A stretch of DNA of 64,000 nucleotides from Octopus sinensis (Eukaryota), in NCBI RefSeq assembly GCF_006345805.1, contig NC_043012.1, forward strand, positions 14,198,001 through 14,262,000, written 5' to 3'. Below are positions 37,886 through 51,499 of this stretch, one piece after another. Position numbers and translations under genes: made by a program. Within the stretch, counting starts at the first letter, position 1, and each line of letters opens with the position of its first letter. The notes under the pieces are model-generated. The model did no database searches, had not been told where the DNA came from, and saw only the letters and a list, made by a program, of their open reading frames with translations.

Positions 37886-40081
37886 TATAAAATATTATTT
37901 GAGACAAAACCACTATTTTGCAAAACAAACAAGGAAAGACTTAATCAATACATAAAATTTAATAAATAGTCAAAAAAAATCGAGCCAAAATAGTATGCAT
38001 ATGTACATGTGAGGGGTACACGTAAATGAAGTGAGCGTGTACCCCCTGTATTTATACCCGTGCGTGAATATACACATGGAGACTACCACACATGTACAAA
38101 TGTGTTTAGAAATGGGAGCCCCATCACTACACTTAATGTATACTCTCACCCATCCGCACGGATGTGTAAGTGTATCTCCGGTGTATATGTTGAGGCTTAT
38201 ATGTAGAGTTGTTGAAGGGAACGTCGTTGAAATTGTGAATGAATGGGTAGAGTTGGGAATTGTAACCGGGTGGTGGACTAGTGTTTGCTTGGAATTGTGA
38301 ATGGATTAGGGGGGTAATGAGGTAGGCATTGAGTATGGGTTACTGTAAGTTGTTTGTTAGAGTTGCTAGGGTGAGCTAAAGCTCATAAATGTATATAATT
38401 GATTTTTCATGATAGTTTTTAAAGAATCCATTCATAATAAATTTTTTTAAGTAGCGTTGGTTTGCTACGTGGAAATAGTTTTTAGTTCCATTTATTATAT
38501 TTCTCCATTCATACTATGAATGACGTTTACTTTCTATGGCGCGTATTCTTTTTTTACATTAGTTATTTCCATGGTAACGTAATTTTGTTTGGTTTTTTAA
38601 CGGCTAAGAATCTAATTTCACTTCATAATTTGTAACTGAATTGTAAGTATGTATTTGATTTATCCTTATGTCATAATGTTATTTTTGATATTCTGGTTAT
38701 TACGATGTATTTATTGTTGTTTTCAGAAGAGTGTTTATGTATATGAGATTGGTTGTGAGTTTTTAATTGTATAATTAATTTATTTATCTGTATGAGTGTG
38801 GGTGTAAATATTGTTGTATATATCGAGTTTTAGTGAGTATGTATATGCGTAATGTGAGGGAGCATATGTATCTGTTGTGTGTGTGTGTTTTGCGTGTGTG
38901 TGTGTTTTGTGTGTGAATGTGTATTTGGGTTTGTTATTTAGGATTTGGGATGTATGTGTTAATATGTCTGTGTGGGGAGGGAGTGGTTTTTTGGTGTATA
39001 TTGAGGTTTATAAGTTAGTATAGGTTTGTGTATAAGTCTTGGGTCTGTGGTTTACGTGTGGGTTTTTGTGTGTGAATGTTTAGGTTAGGGGGATTGCTAT
39101 ATAAGTTTGTTATAGGGTTTAGCAAAGGGAGATTTTATCGTTATATGCTTTTGAGTTTTGGTTATCATGGTTTTTTTAGGTAATTCGTGGTATTTTGTCT
39201 ATTTTAGGTGTTGGTTATTTTTTTACATTGTTTCATTCATAATGTTGAGTGGTGTTCGTTTTGCCACGTGAATAACCGGGTGGTGGACTAGCGTTGCTTG
39301 GAATGTGAATGGGATAGTGTAGTAGTGAGGTAGGCATAGAGAATGGGATTGGGTTACTGCAAGTTGTTTGTTAGAGATGCTAAGGTGAGTTAAAGCTCAT
39401 AAATGTATATAATGTTTTTTTGTGGGTGTGTAAGTATTGTTGTATATGTCGAGTTTAGTGAGTATGTATAGGCGTATATGTGAGGGAGTATATGTATTTT
39501 TTGTGTGTGAGTGTTTTGCGTGTGAGTGTGTGTTTTGTGTGTGAATGTTATATGGGTTTGTTATTTAGGTTTTGGGATGTATGTGTTAATTTGTCTGTGT
39601 GGGGAGGGAGTGGGTTTTGGTGTATATTGAGGTTTATAAGTTAGTATAGGTATGTGTATAAGTCGTGAGTCTGTGGTTTACGTGTGTGTATTTGTGTGTG
39701 AATGTTTAGGTTAGGGGTTTACTTTATAGGTTTGTTATAGAGTTTAGTAAAGGGAGATTTTATCGTTATATGTTTTAAAGAGTTTTGTTTTAATCATGGT
39801 TTTTTTAGGGAATTCGTGGTAATTAGTCTATATTTTCGATATGGATTTATATAGGTTATATATGGATTATATACTTATATTTTTTCATTTATACTTTATT
39901 TTAAAAGTATTATTTTTATATTTTAAAATTTTGATTTTTTAGATTGGAAGTCCCCTGAAGATTGTCGATCAAGACAAGAAACGATTGTAGTGGCGGTTTT
40001 TTTTTGACTATTTATTAAATTTTATGTATTGATTAAGTCTTTCCTTGTTTGTTTTGCAAAATAGTGGTTTTGTCTCAAATA

Positions 40082-40091
<10 letters not shown>
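37886..40091 (-). mobile_element. Decayed PLE-type element bounded by about 93-bp inverted repeats, with internal tandem duplications
   Basis: 37886-37979 is the reverse complement of 39999-40091. 38265-38400 is repeated at 39275-39415 and 38780-39175 at 39420-39830. The minus strand at 38400-38750 has a degenerate GIY-YIG-like C-terminus, and a hammerhead lies at 39955. Confidence 0.6.
39950..39994 (+). ncRNA. Minimal type I hammerhead motif
   Basis: gtccc-CTGAAGA-TTGTC-gatcaa-GACAA-GAAAC-gatt-GTA-gtggc. Stem II is perfect but closed by U-A, and stem I has one mismatch. Confidence 0.55.
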
Positions 40092-40148
<57 letters not shown>

Positions 40149-40289
40149 TGTATAAGTGCAGGACGTCACCAACAGTAAACTGAATGAAATACGAAACAAA
40201 TTAGTTTAATATGCGAATAACGAGAGAAAAAGAGGAAAACAAAATAAATAATACAACGAATACAAAAAAACATAACATATCTTCACAAA

Positions 40290-41000
40290 TTAAGGCGTTT
40301 AACACGTGCGTCCTGCCATCTTTGTTATATAGGAGTGAGGCATAGGTTATTTACCGTAGGCATGTAAGGCAACTGGAACGATACCATCAATACTGTCTGA
40401 GAAAAATTTTGGGGACTAACTGGAAGATGCCCATTAGTAAAGTGGAGGTGCTTGAGAGAAGTGGCAGTAGATCTATAGAGTCAATTAGGCGGGGATATCT
40501 GGTAAGGATGACTGATGAGAGACTTTCCAAGCAGCTATTGTATGGTGAGCTAGAAAACTGCAGGACACCAGCGCATAAACCTAAACTAAGATTTAAGGAT
40601 TGCCTTTAAAATGCTCTAATACAGACAGGGATTGTAGCTGGTGATTGGGAGGGGGAAGCACAAGAGCTGGAAGGACGTAGGAAGACAGTGCATAGTGATT
40701 ATTTGGAGTTTGAGAGTGAGAGAGTGAAGTATGAGAGAATTATAAGGGGGGCTTAGACTGAGGAAACCTGTGGAAAGTGACAGTGCTGGTTTTTGTGTAT
40801 GTGGTTTGTGGGAGGAAGTGTTTCAGTCGTGTAGGCCTGGTCAGCTATCAAAAAGCTCACCGGAATCGAGCCATGATAAACAGTGACGTGGCTATTACAA
40901 TTCACAACAGAACATGTGTAAAATGCGGAAGGGCCCCCCCCCCCAACCAATCCCACCCCAGTTGAAGGTCTGAAAAGACATGTTAAGAGAGTGCATAAAA
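40290..41000 (+). mobile_element. RTE-clade LINE 3' fragment with C2H2-like finger
   Basis: VEVLERSGSRSIES...RMTDERLSKQLLYGEL...KPKLRFKDCL and VCGRKCFSRVGLVS.QKAH. Confidence 0.75.
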
Positions 41001-41164
41001 TGGCACATGTTTCTCTTGCCAGTTGCAGAGCTGTACATTACGTAATAAAATGTGTAAAACTTATAAAGTCATATAAGGGCATCACATAGCATAACAATGA
41101 ATCATTTCAGTAAGTCCTTTTGGCAACGGCTCTTTTCGTGTAACGAGCGTGTGCAGCTATGATC

Positions 41165-41219
<55 letters not shown>

Positions 41220-41239
41220 ACATATTATATATGTATATA

Positions 41240-41290
<51 letters not shown>

Positions 41291-41560
41291 ATATATATAT
41301 AAATCAATAAATGGTGGGGTTGTGTTGACGCACGTGGAGAAATGATAGGCAAGGAAAAATTATAAAAGGGCAGAATGCTAAATTGAAGGTAAATTTTAAT
41401 GAAAATGGGTGTATGGAAAATTTTTAAAAAATTAAATAAAAATATATATATATATATCAATTCGAACCGGTTTTTCGTCGTAATGCGACTTTTCAAGAAT
41501 TGTAAGGTGAAAAGAAAAATTTTTTATAATTGAGGAGGGGGAAAAAGAAAATTACATTTT

Positions 41561-41620
<60 letters not shown>

Positions 41621-41899
41621 AAACGGTAAGACACAACAAAGAAAGAAAGAGACCTCGATATTATGTAAATAGAAGAATTTATCTGTAAATGTATATGTGA
41701 CAATTATTCGGTAGCCATGATAAAACTCCGAGTTTCGGATGCCGGGGTGAAAATCATTTTTCATAGCATTTTTCCGATGGCCGGATAACTGAAGAGATGG
41801 CGGCGTGGATTTCAACCTCGGCATCCAAAACTAGGAGTTTTATTATGGCTACCGAATAATTGTCCCATATTATATTTACAGATATATATATATATATAT

Positions 41900-41956
<57 letters not shown>

Positions 41957-42099
41957 TACCTTTACATATATATATATATATATGTACATTTTTTACTGTG
42001 GTATTTTAAAAAAAATTACCGTTTTCATACATAGTGTACTCATCAGATTTCAAATGTGTTTAACTGACAGTTGTATTCTGAACATGTTTAGTACTTCTC

Positions 42100-42800
42100 A
42101 GAACGCTATCCGAATACCAGAAACATACGACTTATAAAACTGAAAGGATTTGTGCTCAAACAAAATTATCCTATCATACTTATAAAAAATAGCATACAAC
42201 AAGCAAAAGCGATACTTACAGAACAACTTAGAGCGACACGAGAAAGACGAAGCCATCACCAAAACACTTTTAAAAATCATCAAATTTGCTAATCATAAAA
42301 CAAAGTGATTTTTTAGAAATATAATAATTAATCAAACACTTATATTAAGCAAAAGGAAACTACATAACCTACTGAAACAGAATCCAGCATAAACAAATGG
42401 AATAACACATTCACAATATTCGAGTGTAATGATAACAGACGTGGAACGTGTCAATACATGATTACGGGTAGATCCTTTAGAACAAAAACATGGACAGATT
42501 TTCGCAAATGTACATATATGCTGCAAAAACAAAAATTTGATCTACTGCATTAAATGCCCGATTTTCGGGGAATTATATATAGGCGAGACACGTAATGCAT
42601 TATCGGAACTCTCACGAGTCCACAGTCAACAAATCCGGAACATTAATGTTCTCCAAATTCCATTGAGAGAACATAAACAGAAATGTTCCTAGTTTTTCCT
42701 TTCCATAATCCACGTGACACAAGTGACCTTGGAAGAAAGATAAAAGAAAAACCGTTTAATAAAATGTTCAAACCTGTTCTGAACGGAAATGACTGCAATA
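42100..42800 (+). mobile_element. Decayed PLE GIY-YIG endonuclease region
   Basis: Translation ...ICCKNKNLIYCIKCP.FGELYIGETRNALSE..., with multiple stops. Confidence 0.75.
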
Positions 42801-42899
42801 AAATAACAACCAGTTAATGATGTGGATGAATAACTATAAACTAGTTACAGAATATCGGTATGCCAGTCACAAAAATTCGATACAAACTACATATGTATA

Positions 42900-42981
<82 letters not shown>

Positions 42982-42989
42982 ATATGTAT

Positions 42990-43036
<47 letters not shown>

Positions 43037-43068
43037 TATATATATATATATTATATATATATATATAG

Positions 43069-43100
<32 letters not shown>

Positions 43101-43171
43101 GTATGTATACACACACACACAAATATATATGTAGTTTTAGATTTAGATTTAGATTTTTATGATTGAACTTT

Positions 43172-43299
43172 ATAATCTCTGACGAGGCCTAGAGATATAT
43201 GAGTACCTCATTTTCAACTGCCTATTACCTCAATACACTTGACTAATATAGGCAGAATGAGATGCTTTTATCTATAGGCTGAAACAGCTGTAAGTGATT
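43172..43299 (+). ncRNA. Type I hammerhead with long branched stem II, downstream of the PLE GIY-YIG remnant
   Basis: aatct-CTGACGA-GGCCTAGAGAT...ATCTATAGGCT-GAAAC-AGCT-GTA-agtgatt. There is an internal hairpin ctgcctatta/taatataggcag. Confidence 0.6.
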
Positions 43300-43360
43300 T
43301 TAGTAATTTATATATATATATGTGTATATTTTAATGGCTAAAAACCACTATGTGGACTAA

Positions 43361-43425
<65 letters not shown>

Positions 43426-43513
43426 ATGGTTTTTTCTAAATGTGTATATAAGTATTCATACATGTATGATATCGAAATATGTATATACACAGACACCCAT
43501 ATATATTTGTTTT

Positions 43514-43595
<82 letters not shown>

Positions 43596-45382
43596 TATGT
43601 ACAGAGTGTCCTCAACAATGTACAGATATATTCATATCAATAATAGAAGGAAGTAGTCAAAATTTGTTGAAATACTTTTTATTACTTATCACATTCCGCT
43701 TGGGACTTTTCAAACATACCTCATTATCGTATACAAGGGTTTTGATTTATATGTGTTTGTTAAATGTCAGCTTTTTTGTTGAAAAATATCAGCAATTCAA
43801 ACATCTTTACATGTATTTGCTTGTGTGTGGGTGTTTAAGAATAAGTGACTTTTGAGTGTGGCCACTTAATTCCCACGACCTATATTGTGTGTTGCATATA
43901 TACTGCATATGCTGTATATACGTTTATACACATGCGTGCAGGGACGCGCGAGCGTGTTTGTATCGAATTTTTAAACAAAGATTGTGGTTTGGAAAAGGTT
44001 GTTTTCTAAGCAGTTTGAGTGACAGCTTTGTCCTAAGGCACCGGCAGTTTATTGATTTCAGTGTTTATACAGAAAAGTCAGTAGTTCGTTAAAGCATGAA
44101 AGATGGCTGTTCTCTTAACACAAGTGCCTAGAAATATATCTGAGTGTTTATTAATTTCAGTAGTTTATTCACTTCAGTCTGAGAATGTCATTAAACGGTT
44201 GATTGGTTGTTGTTCAAAATATGTAAATGAGTTTTGAGGTCATTCTATATGTGTGATTTTTTGTGTGTGTTTGCTTGTGATTGCTTATTTGTGTGTGTGA
44301 TGATTGCTTCATAATTTGTTTTAGAGATAGTCTTAACAACATCATTGATATTCAGAGGTGACTTCACTTGTTTTATCTGGAAATAGCTTTCTTTAATCAA
44401 ATTCATAAATAGAGTTTTTATGCCTTTAAATTTGAAGTAAACTTTTTGATGCTTCTCTATTATTTTAAAAGTATCTTTGAAAATTGTTGAATGTGCTGTT
44501 TCCACAGATTTCTTTATGAAAATCTGATTCATGTCCCCAATCTGTATCATATTTTCTGTAATACCTGTCTCTTCCCCATCGCTTTCCTTACGTGTTAGTC
44601 ATCCGGTGTTGTTGATTCTAAACTGTGGGTTTCTGAATCGTCATTGTCTGCAATTTGTAGTTTGACAGTTATTTGTCTCTTCTTTTCTTGTCTTCCATGC
44701 AGTTTTACTACAATCAGGCTGTGACTCCTTTCGGAAATTTCATGGTTGCGCTGATTATCTTTTATCCTTTATTTTTTTTACTGGTTTCAGTCATTTGGGA
44801 CACCGCCTTAAAGGGTGTTTAGTGTGACAAATCGGCCCTATGACTTATTTTTAAAAAATATCTTTCGTGTGATTGGCGACCTTCGACAGGCACTTATAAT
44901 ATAACGAAATCCCAGATACAAGCAAACAAGTGTATTAGGAATATTTGGATTCTTGTCATTTTCATGAAACAGCTGACAGGTCTCTCTCTCTCATTCTCTC
45001 TCTCTCTCACGCACACACACACACACATATATATGTGTGTGTGTGTGACATAGAACCTCCCAAAACAAGACACATTATCTAAGCTTTATCAAAGTCTAAC
45101 TAGAGTACCTATAAAGAAAAACCAAGAAATACCCACATAACTGATACCAACAAACTATGTAACCACAAACACTTTCCACTTTCCAAGGATGGGGACAACT
45201 CAGAATAACGAAGCTATGACATTAGAAATTTAAAATCCAGCATAACATATGTGTATTCCGAATATCAACTGACAAACGTACATCACTAGCTTTTCGACAC
45301 AAGGTCTGTACCACACACACGTAGATATACACACACAATCACACACGCCCGCACGTACACACACACACACACGCATATATAT

Positions 45383-45620
45383 CATCATCATCATCATCGT
45401 TTAACGTCCGTTTTCCGCGCTAGCACGGGTTGGACGGTTTGACCGGGGTCTGGGGAGCCAGGGGCTGCCCCAGGCTCCAGTCTGATCTGGCAGTGTTTCT
45501 ACAGCTGGATGCCCTTCCTAACGCCAACCACTCCGCGAGTGTAGTGGGTGCTTTTTACGTGTCACCTGCACAGGTACCAGAGGGGTCAGGAATCGGCCAC
45601 GATCGGTTATTGCCTTTTTT
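45383..45620 (-). mobile_element. Retroposon 3' end with (GAT)n tail (RTE-type SINE/LINE tail)
   Basis: (cat)n-cgtttaacgtccgttttcc...ggatgcccttcctaacgccaacc is the typical antisense reading of RTE-related tails. Confidence 0.6.
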
Positions 45621-46497
45621 CGTTGCATTGCGGCAGGGGCGAGGGTTCCGGCAGAGAGAAGAGAGGGAGAGAGAGTGGGGGGTGCATGTAATATAGGGGA
45701 GCACCAGTGGGGAAGGTTTGGGGTAAAGAGAAACGATGACAGGTAGGGCTGGTGGCAGGTTCTAGACAGAATGAAAAGTAGGAAGTAAAACGTAGGATAT
45801 CACGAGTGGGGGAGGGGGCTGGAAAGAGATAGCCGGTTGAGGCAGTGACACATTTCAAAACAGGAGGAACATAAGATAACAGGTTAAGTGGGACGTTTGA
45901 TGAGCTGCGGCGCTAGCTGCTTCTGTCCAGAGGGAGAGAGGCAGGAGTAAATACATAGTGAGAAAGTATATTGAGGAGGAGGGGTAGGAGGAACAGACAC
46001 ACGTAGTGGTGGCGGTGGTAGAGGGGATATCCGGTGAGGATGGTGTAAACAGAGTGTTCTCCGGTATGGGTGGTGGGGGTGGGAGGGCGGGCGAACCGCG
46101 AATGGCGGGCTGCGAAGATTTTGATTGGGGACAGTAGTGATAAAGACTTAAGCAATCGGGGTTTGAAGAAATGAACAGAGTAACGAACGAATTAACTTGG
46201 TACCGAGGGGTTAAACAAATTAAAGGGTTATATTTTAAGAACAAGCAGAATTAGTGAATAGATTCGAACATTTAAGGGTTAGCGGCAAATGTATGTGTGT
46301 AGTACAAGAGTCGGAAGAAATGAAATGAGAATTCTTAGCTTGCTTGCTATGATCATCGCTGTGTGGTCAAGAAAGGGTGAATGAAAGAGAAGCACACGAG
46401 GTGATTATTTATATAGGTTCACCGGAAGTGGGTTGGAAAGACGGAAGTTTTGATTATATGTGTATGTATGAATGTATACATATACACACACAAACCA

Positions 46498-46528
<31 letters not shown>

Positions 46529-46751
46529 TTTGAGGGAATAAAATCCAAACTTACAAGGAAAAAAATTCTATTGAGAAATACTAAATACAAATTATATACT
46601 TTTTTTTTTTTTTTTTTTGAAATTTACTTAATCATTGACATTTTATTGTTATTTTAATTTTGATATTTCTATTAAATGTAATTTTCTAGATGGCGTAATT
46701 TAATTGTTCATTTTGAGTTGATAAAAGGTGGGTTTTTTTCTAATTATATAT

Positions 46752-47850
46752 ATAGTGAGCGTTGTTCCGCAAGGCACTGTTTTGGGACCACTACTGTTCA
46801 TAATGGCCCTCTCAGACATGCCCTCAGCCACGCAGAGAGCCACGATCACAAGTTATGCAGATGATACAAAAGTTTCACAGGCAATACAGAACCCTGAAGA
46901 CACTGATCACCTGCAATGTGAGCTGGACAAAATATACAAGTGGGCTGAAAAGAATAGCATGCAGTTCAATGCTGAAAAGTTTCAAGCTTTATGCTATCAG
47001 CATGCAAAACGAAATACAATACCCAATAAATACACTGCACCTGGAGGGATTGCAGTCCCAGAGGCACAATCAGTGCGAGACCTGGGTATTTACATAAGTG
47101 ATGATGCAACCTTTCATGTGCATGTTGCTAAATTGGCAATGAAATGTAGGCGGCTGACCGGATGGATTCTTAGAACCTTTAGAACAAGAGACCAGGAAAC
47201 CATGATGGTCCTCTGGAGGACACTTGTCCTAAGCCACTTTGACTATTGCTCTCAGCTATGGTCACCATCCAGTGTCAAGTTAATCACAGAACTTGAGGCG
47301 ATCCAACGAAGCTACACGAAGAGAATAGCCTCTGTGCAGAATATAAGCTATTGGGAAAGACTCAAGAGATTTAGACTCTATTCCTTAGAGCGTAGGCGAG
47401 AAAGATATGCCATAATATACATCTGGAAGATCCTAGAATGACTTGTCCCAAACTTTGGCATCGAGAGTTATACAAATGTCAGAACTGGGCGCTATTGCAT
47501 AGTGCCAAGGACTCCAAATTTGCCATCAAGATGTAGGACAAGATACTGTGATAGCCTGGGCTTCCGAGGCCCATAGCTCTTCAATATCCTCCCGAAGAAC
47601 CTAATAGACCTGCATGGGGTGGATGCAGATGTCTTTAAAATAAAACTGGATCTCTTCTTGTCAGGTGTCCCAGATGAACCAACTTCACGGCAGGAGGTGC
47701 AGATGAGGGCAGCTGCATCGAACTCTCTCATGCACCAAATGGCAATTGCTAAAAAGCATTCGTGAAGTAAAATCATGTAGCAACACCAAATGGCGGTGCC
47801 CCAGCATGGCCACAGCTTGTGAGCTGAAACTAGATAAAAATTAAAATAAA
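46752..47850 (+). mobile_element. CR1/L2-group LINE, 5'-truncated RT and 3' end
   Basis: VPQGTVLGPLLFIMALSDM...SYADDTKV...VRDLGI...RTLVLSHFDYCSQLWSP...SLERRRER, then KLDLFLSGVPDEP..AASNSL. Two premature stops and an A-rich tail. Confidence 0.9.
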
Positions 47851-47853
47851 TAA

Positions 47854-47911
<58 letters not shown>

Positions 47912-48215
47912 ATATTTCGGAATGGTCATTTTGCCAGTTTAGCCAATAAAAACACACGCACTATATATTTGGTGTTACTTTGCTTCAGTGTTATTTATTT
48001 TTTACATTAATCTTAATCTTATTTCGGCCAGAGTTCTTTCGTCACACTCCTGTGACCGCATCAGTGGTCCTTTGTTTTCTTCTCACTTATTTGTGTCTCT
48101 CCTTACTAACCGTCAGCCATTGGCTAAACTGGCAAATGACCATTCCGAAATATAACAATATCTGTTTCAACACACGACTTCACATAAAAAATCTTGCACA
48201 ACAAATATTTAAACG

Positions 48216-48273
<58 letters not shown>

Positions 48274-48293
48274 TATATGTGTGTGTGTGTGTG

Positions 48294-48331
<38 letters not shown>

Positions 48332-48439
48332 ATGTAGTATGTATGTATGTATGTAGTATGTATGTATGTATACGTATACATATACAGCCATAAGTGTATA
48401 TATGAAACAAGTAAAAGAATAAAAAAATAAATGTATATA

Positions 48440-48655
48440 CAAGGGCTTACTGAAAGGTTCTTGGCTTTAAGGGTATAGGAAAACGTCTGCTTGGTGGCCC
48501 AAACTTCCGAATTCTTTTACACCGCTTAGAAAACTGAAGGACCGCTGCAATAGATGTGTGACTCTGAAAGGAGAATATGTTGAATAAAATCGTAATTAAC
48601 AGATCCTCCTGTATTTTCTTTTATCCAAAGCCAAGAACTTGTCAGCAGTCCTTCG
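48440..48655 (+). mobile_element. mariner-derived MITE
   Basis: TIRs caagggcttactgaaaggttcttggcttt / aaagccaagaacttgtcagcagtccttcg, TA at both ends, internal LKDRCNRCVTLKGEYVE*. Confidence 0.75.
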
Positions 48656-49028
48656 TATGTATAATATAGAAAGAAGAATCAAAGTTAGGCAAATCACGTT
48701 CACATATACATTTATCTTTATTCAGCCCTAAACCCAACATGCATGAATTTCTCTAAAATTATATTTAATACATCAAACATATTTAAAATATATGGATACA
48801 TAGAAATATATAAAATATATAGAAAAAAATTTAATGCATGTTGGGTCTAGGGTTGAATAAATCTAAATATATCTGTGAATTTGATTTGGCAAATTTTGAT
48901 TCTTAGTTCTACATTATTCTAACGCCTCAGGTTTGAATATCTTAAGCACTTCAAAATGAAGTCTATGCATTAGATAAAATATTTTTTCTCATAATCATAC
49001 ACACACGCACACACATACACACATATAC

Positions 49029-49142
<114 letters not shown>

Positions 49143-49900
49143 GTATGTTTGTGTGTGTGTGTTTGTGTATTATGTATGTATGTATGCATTTCCCCGAAGT
49201 TGTTAAAGGTAGAAGGGGTAGGAGAGTAAACCATATGCAGATGTAGATGTGACACCACAAATTCGTAAATGCTGAAAAGTATAACGACAGTCTTCAGTTT
49301 GAAAGCATTATTATACTGTAGAAAGTTAGTGTTAGAGCCATCTCTAACAGAACACCTGTATTTTTATAAGTTACCACTATTGTCAGTTATATATAAGAGT
49401 AGGCGCTTCTCATTGCAATAAAATAAATTAGAAATATTATATTGATATGTAATATTCGTGCAAACATTTCCCAAACCAGAATTGATTAGATTCTCCGATT
49501 AGATTCTCCATCTCATATGGATAGCTAATTAGGAAGATTTTCGTGTCTCGTCAAAGGTTTTGCTTTTTACATTAGCTATAATTAAGGAAAATGTTTTGCC
49601 AGTTCGTTGCTATTTTACTGGCATGTTTCTATGCTTTATATAATTCTTATGACTAATCTAAGTCAACATATGTATTAGACATTAATTAATATCGCCCCTT
49701 TTCTGTACGATACACGTAATTCCGCTATCATTAAATATGTTATTACTCAACTAACTCTTCCATTTGATATGGATGCTCTCTTTGAATCATTAGACTTCTA
49801 AGCAATACCAATTTTACATCGACAAGCATAATATTTCCTACGCTTATGAAGTGATTAAGCAAATTAGCTAGTTAGAAAATCTCTATCAGAGATAAAAGTA

Positions 49901-50466
49901 TTGGGTTGTCCGGAAAGTTCGCGCCGATTTGTAGTAACTTACCTTTCGACTTATTTTAGAACATGGTTGAGTCCATAAAATAGGATTTGACTACATATCT
50001 ATTCAGAGCACAGTTTAAGCTATCTTTTCGTGGGAGAAGATTTCTGTTCCTATAACCTGTGTTAATTTTGTACCCCTTTAAAATGGAAGATAAGAAAGTT
50101 CATTCTCGGCACTTGATGCTTTGGGATCCAGACAAAAATTGCTACAGCTCAGCTGGGATGTGTTACCCCACCCTCCATATTCACCAGATATTGCTCCTTT
50201 GGATGTCCACTTATTTAGGTCTCTGCAGAATAGTCTTAATGGTAAAAATTTCAATTCCTTGGATGACGTAAAAATATACCTTGATGAATTCTTTGCCATG
50301 AAACCACCTGAATTCTGGGAAGAGGGTATTTTCAAGTTAAAGGAAAGATGGAGTTGCATTGTGCAACAAAATGGTTCATATTTGGTTGATTAAAAATGTA
50401 ATGGCAAGTATTTATTGACTTTTTCCTTTCCTTTAAAAATCGGCACGAACTTTCCGGACAACCCAA
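49901..50466 (+). mobile_element. Internally deleted mariner (DD34D-type) element
   Basis: TIRs ttgggttgtccggaaagttcgcgccgattt / aaatcggcacgaactttccggacaacccaa with TA TSD, and VLPHPPYSPDIAPLDVHLFRSLQN...ERWSCIVQQNGSYLVD. Confidence 0.92.
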
Positions 50467-51499
50467 TAGTAACTATACTGAGAAGTGATGTTTATCGATC
50501 ACCATCTGGAGGAGGTTCTTTTTGGGATCAAACACTGCAGTAACGTCGAATAGCCGCACTGATGTGGAAATAAACATTACTTCTCAGTACAGTTGCTATT
50601 TTCATTTCGTATTGAGATTTTCGAACTAGTTATTTTGCTTGTTGCAAGATCAGCGACAGATTCTCACTGAGTTTTCTTTGAATTGCAAACCGGAGCGAAT
50701 TCCTGCTATCTCTAGCGACCGAATGTTCACCACTAACGATGAGCACAAATAGCCCGAAACTGATCGATCTGATGGTAGGCTTTGGTTCCCCTGGTTGCAA
50801 TATATACCTGGTGCAAATGGCATTGATCACCAGCTGGACGAGGCTCTTCTTGGAATTAGAAACGGTTATAACGTCGAACAGCCACAGTGATGTGACGATA
50901 AACATTACTTCTATCTAGTGATTCTTTCGATATTATTCCAGTAGGTACGGAGAAGCGTACTTTTATCCAAGAATTCAGAATTTATACCGAAACACAACCA
51001 GCGTTTTCGAATAGATACTAATAGTACGAATGTAGAACTTGCAAAAAATGCAAATAATACAAAATTTCGAATGTCAATGACACGTACAGTATTTTATTTC
51101 ACCGAGAATTTAATTTTAGCTTTATTTCTATCAGTCAGTTGCGTACTTATTTGAATGTCAGTATTGTCAGTGTGAAGTCGACTTATATTTTATGAAACGT
51201 TCAAAACACCAAAATCAGTGGAGAGAAAATATAGATATGAAGCACATTCTTGCCATTCCGTAACAAACCTAGAATATTCGCTTATCAGCCAGAAATCATT
51301 CGTCACAGAAATTCTGCTGCAGCATAGATAATAAAAACAAAACAAAAGTAAAAATAGTGAAAAAATATTTGGTGTCAATCCCTGCAAAAATAAACAGTTT
51401 AATTTTTGGTCATTCTGAAACAAATAAACAAATAAACCGTTCTCTATCGTTTGATATTTTTTGAAAGGCGATTATAACAAACTGTATTTTTAAAACATA

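Noticed and set aside
44245-44760. 101-aa minus ORF, and 45690-46290, as host exons
   Set aside because: No convincing splice context. The composition suggests decayed LINE ORF1-like sequence, which was too weak to call.
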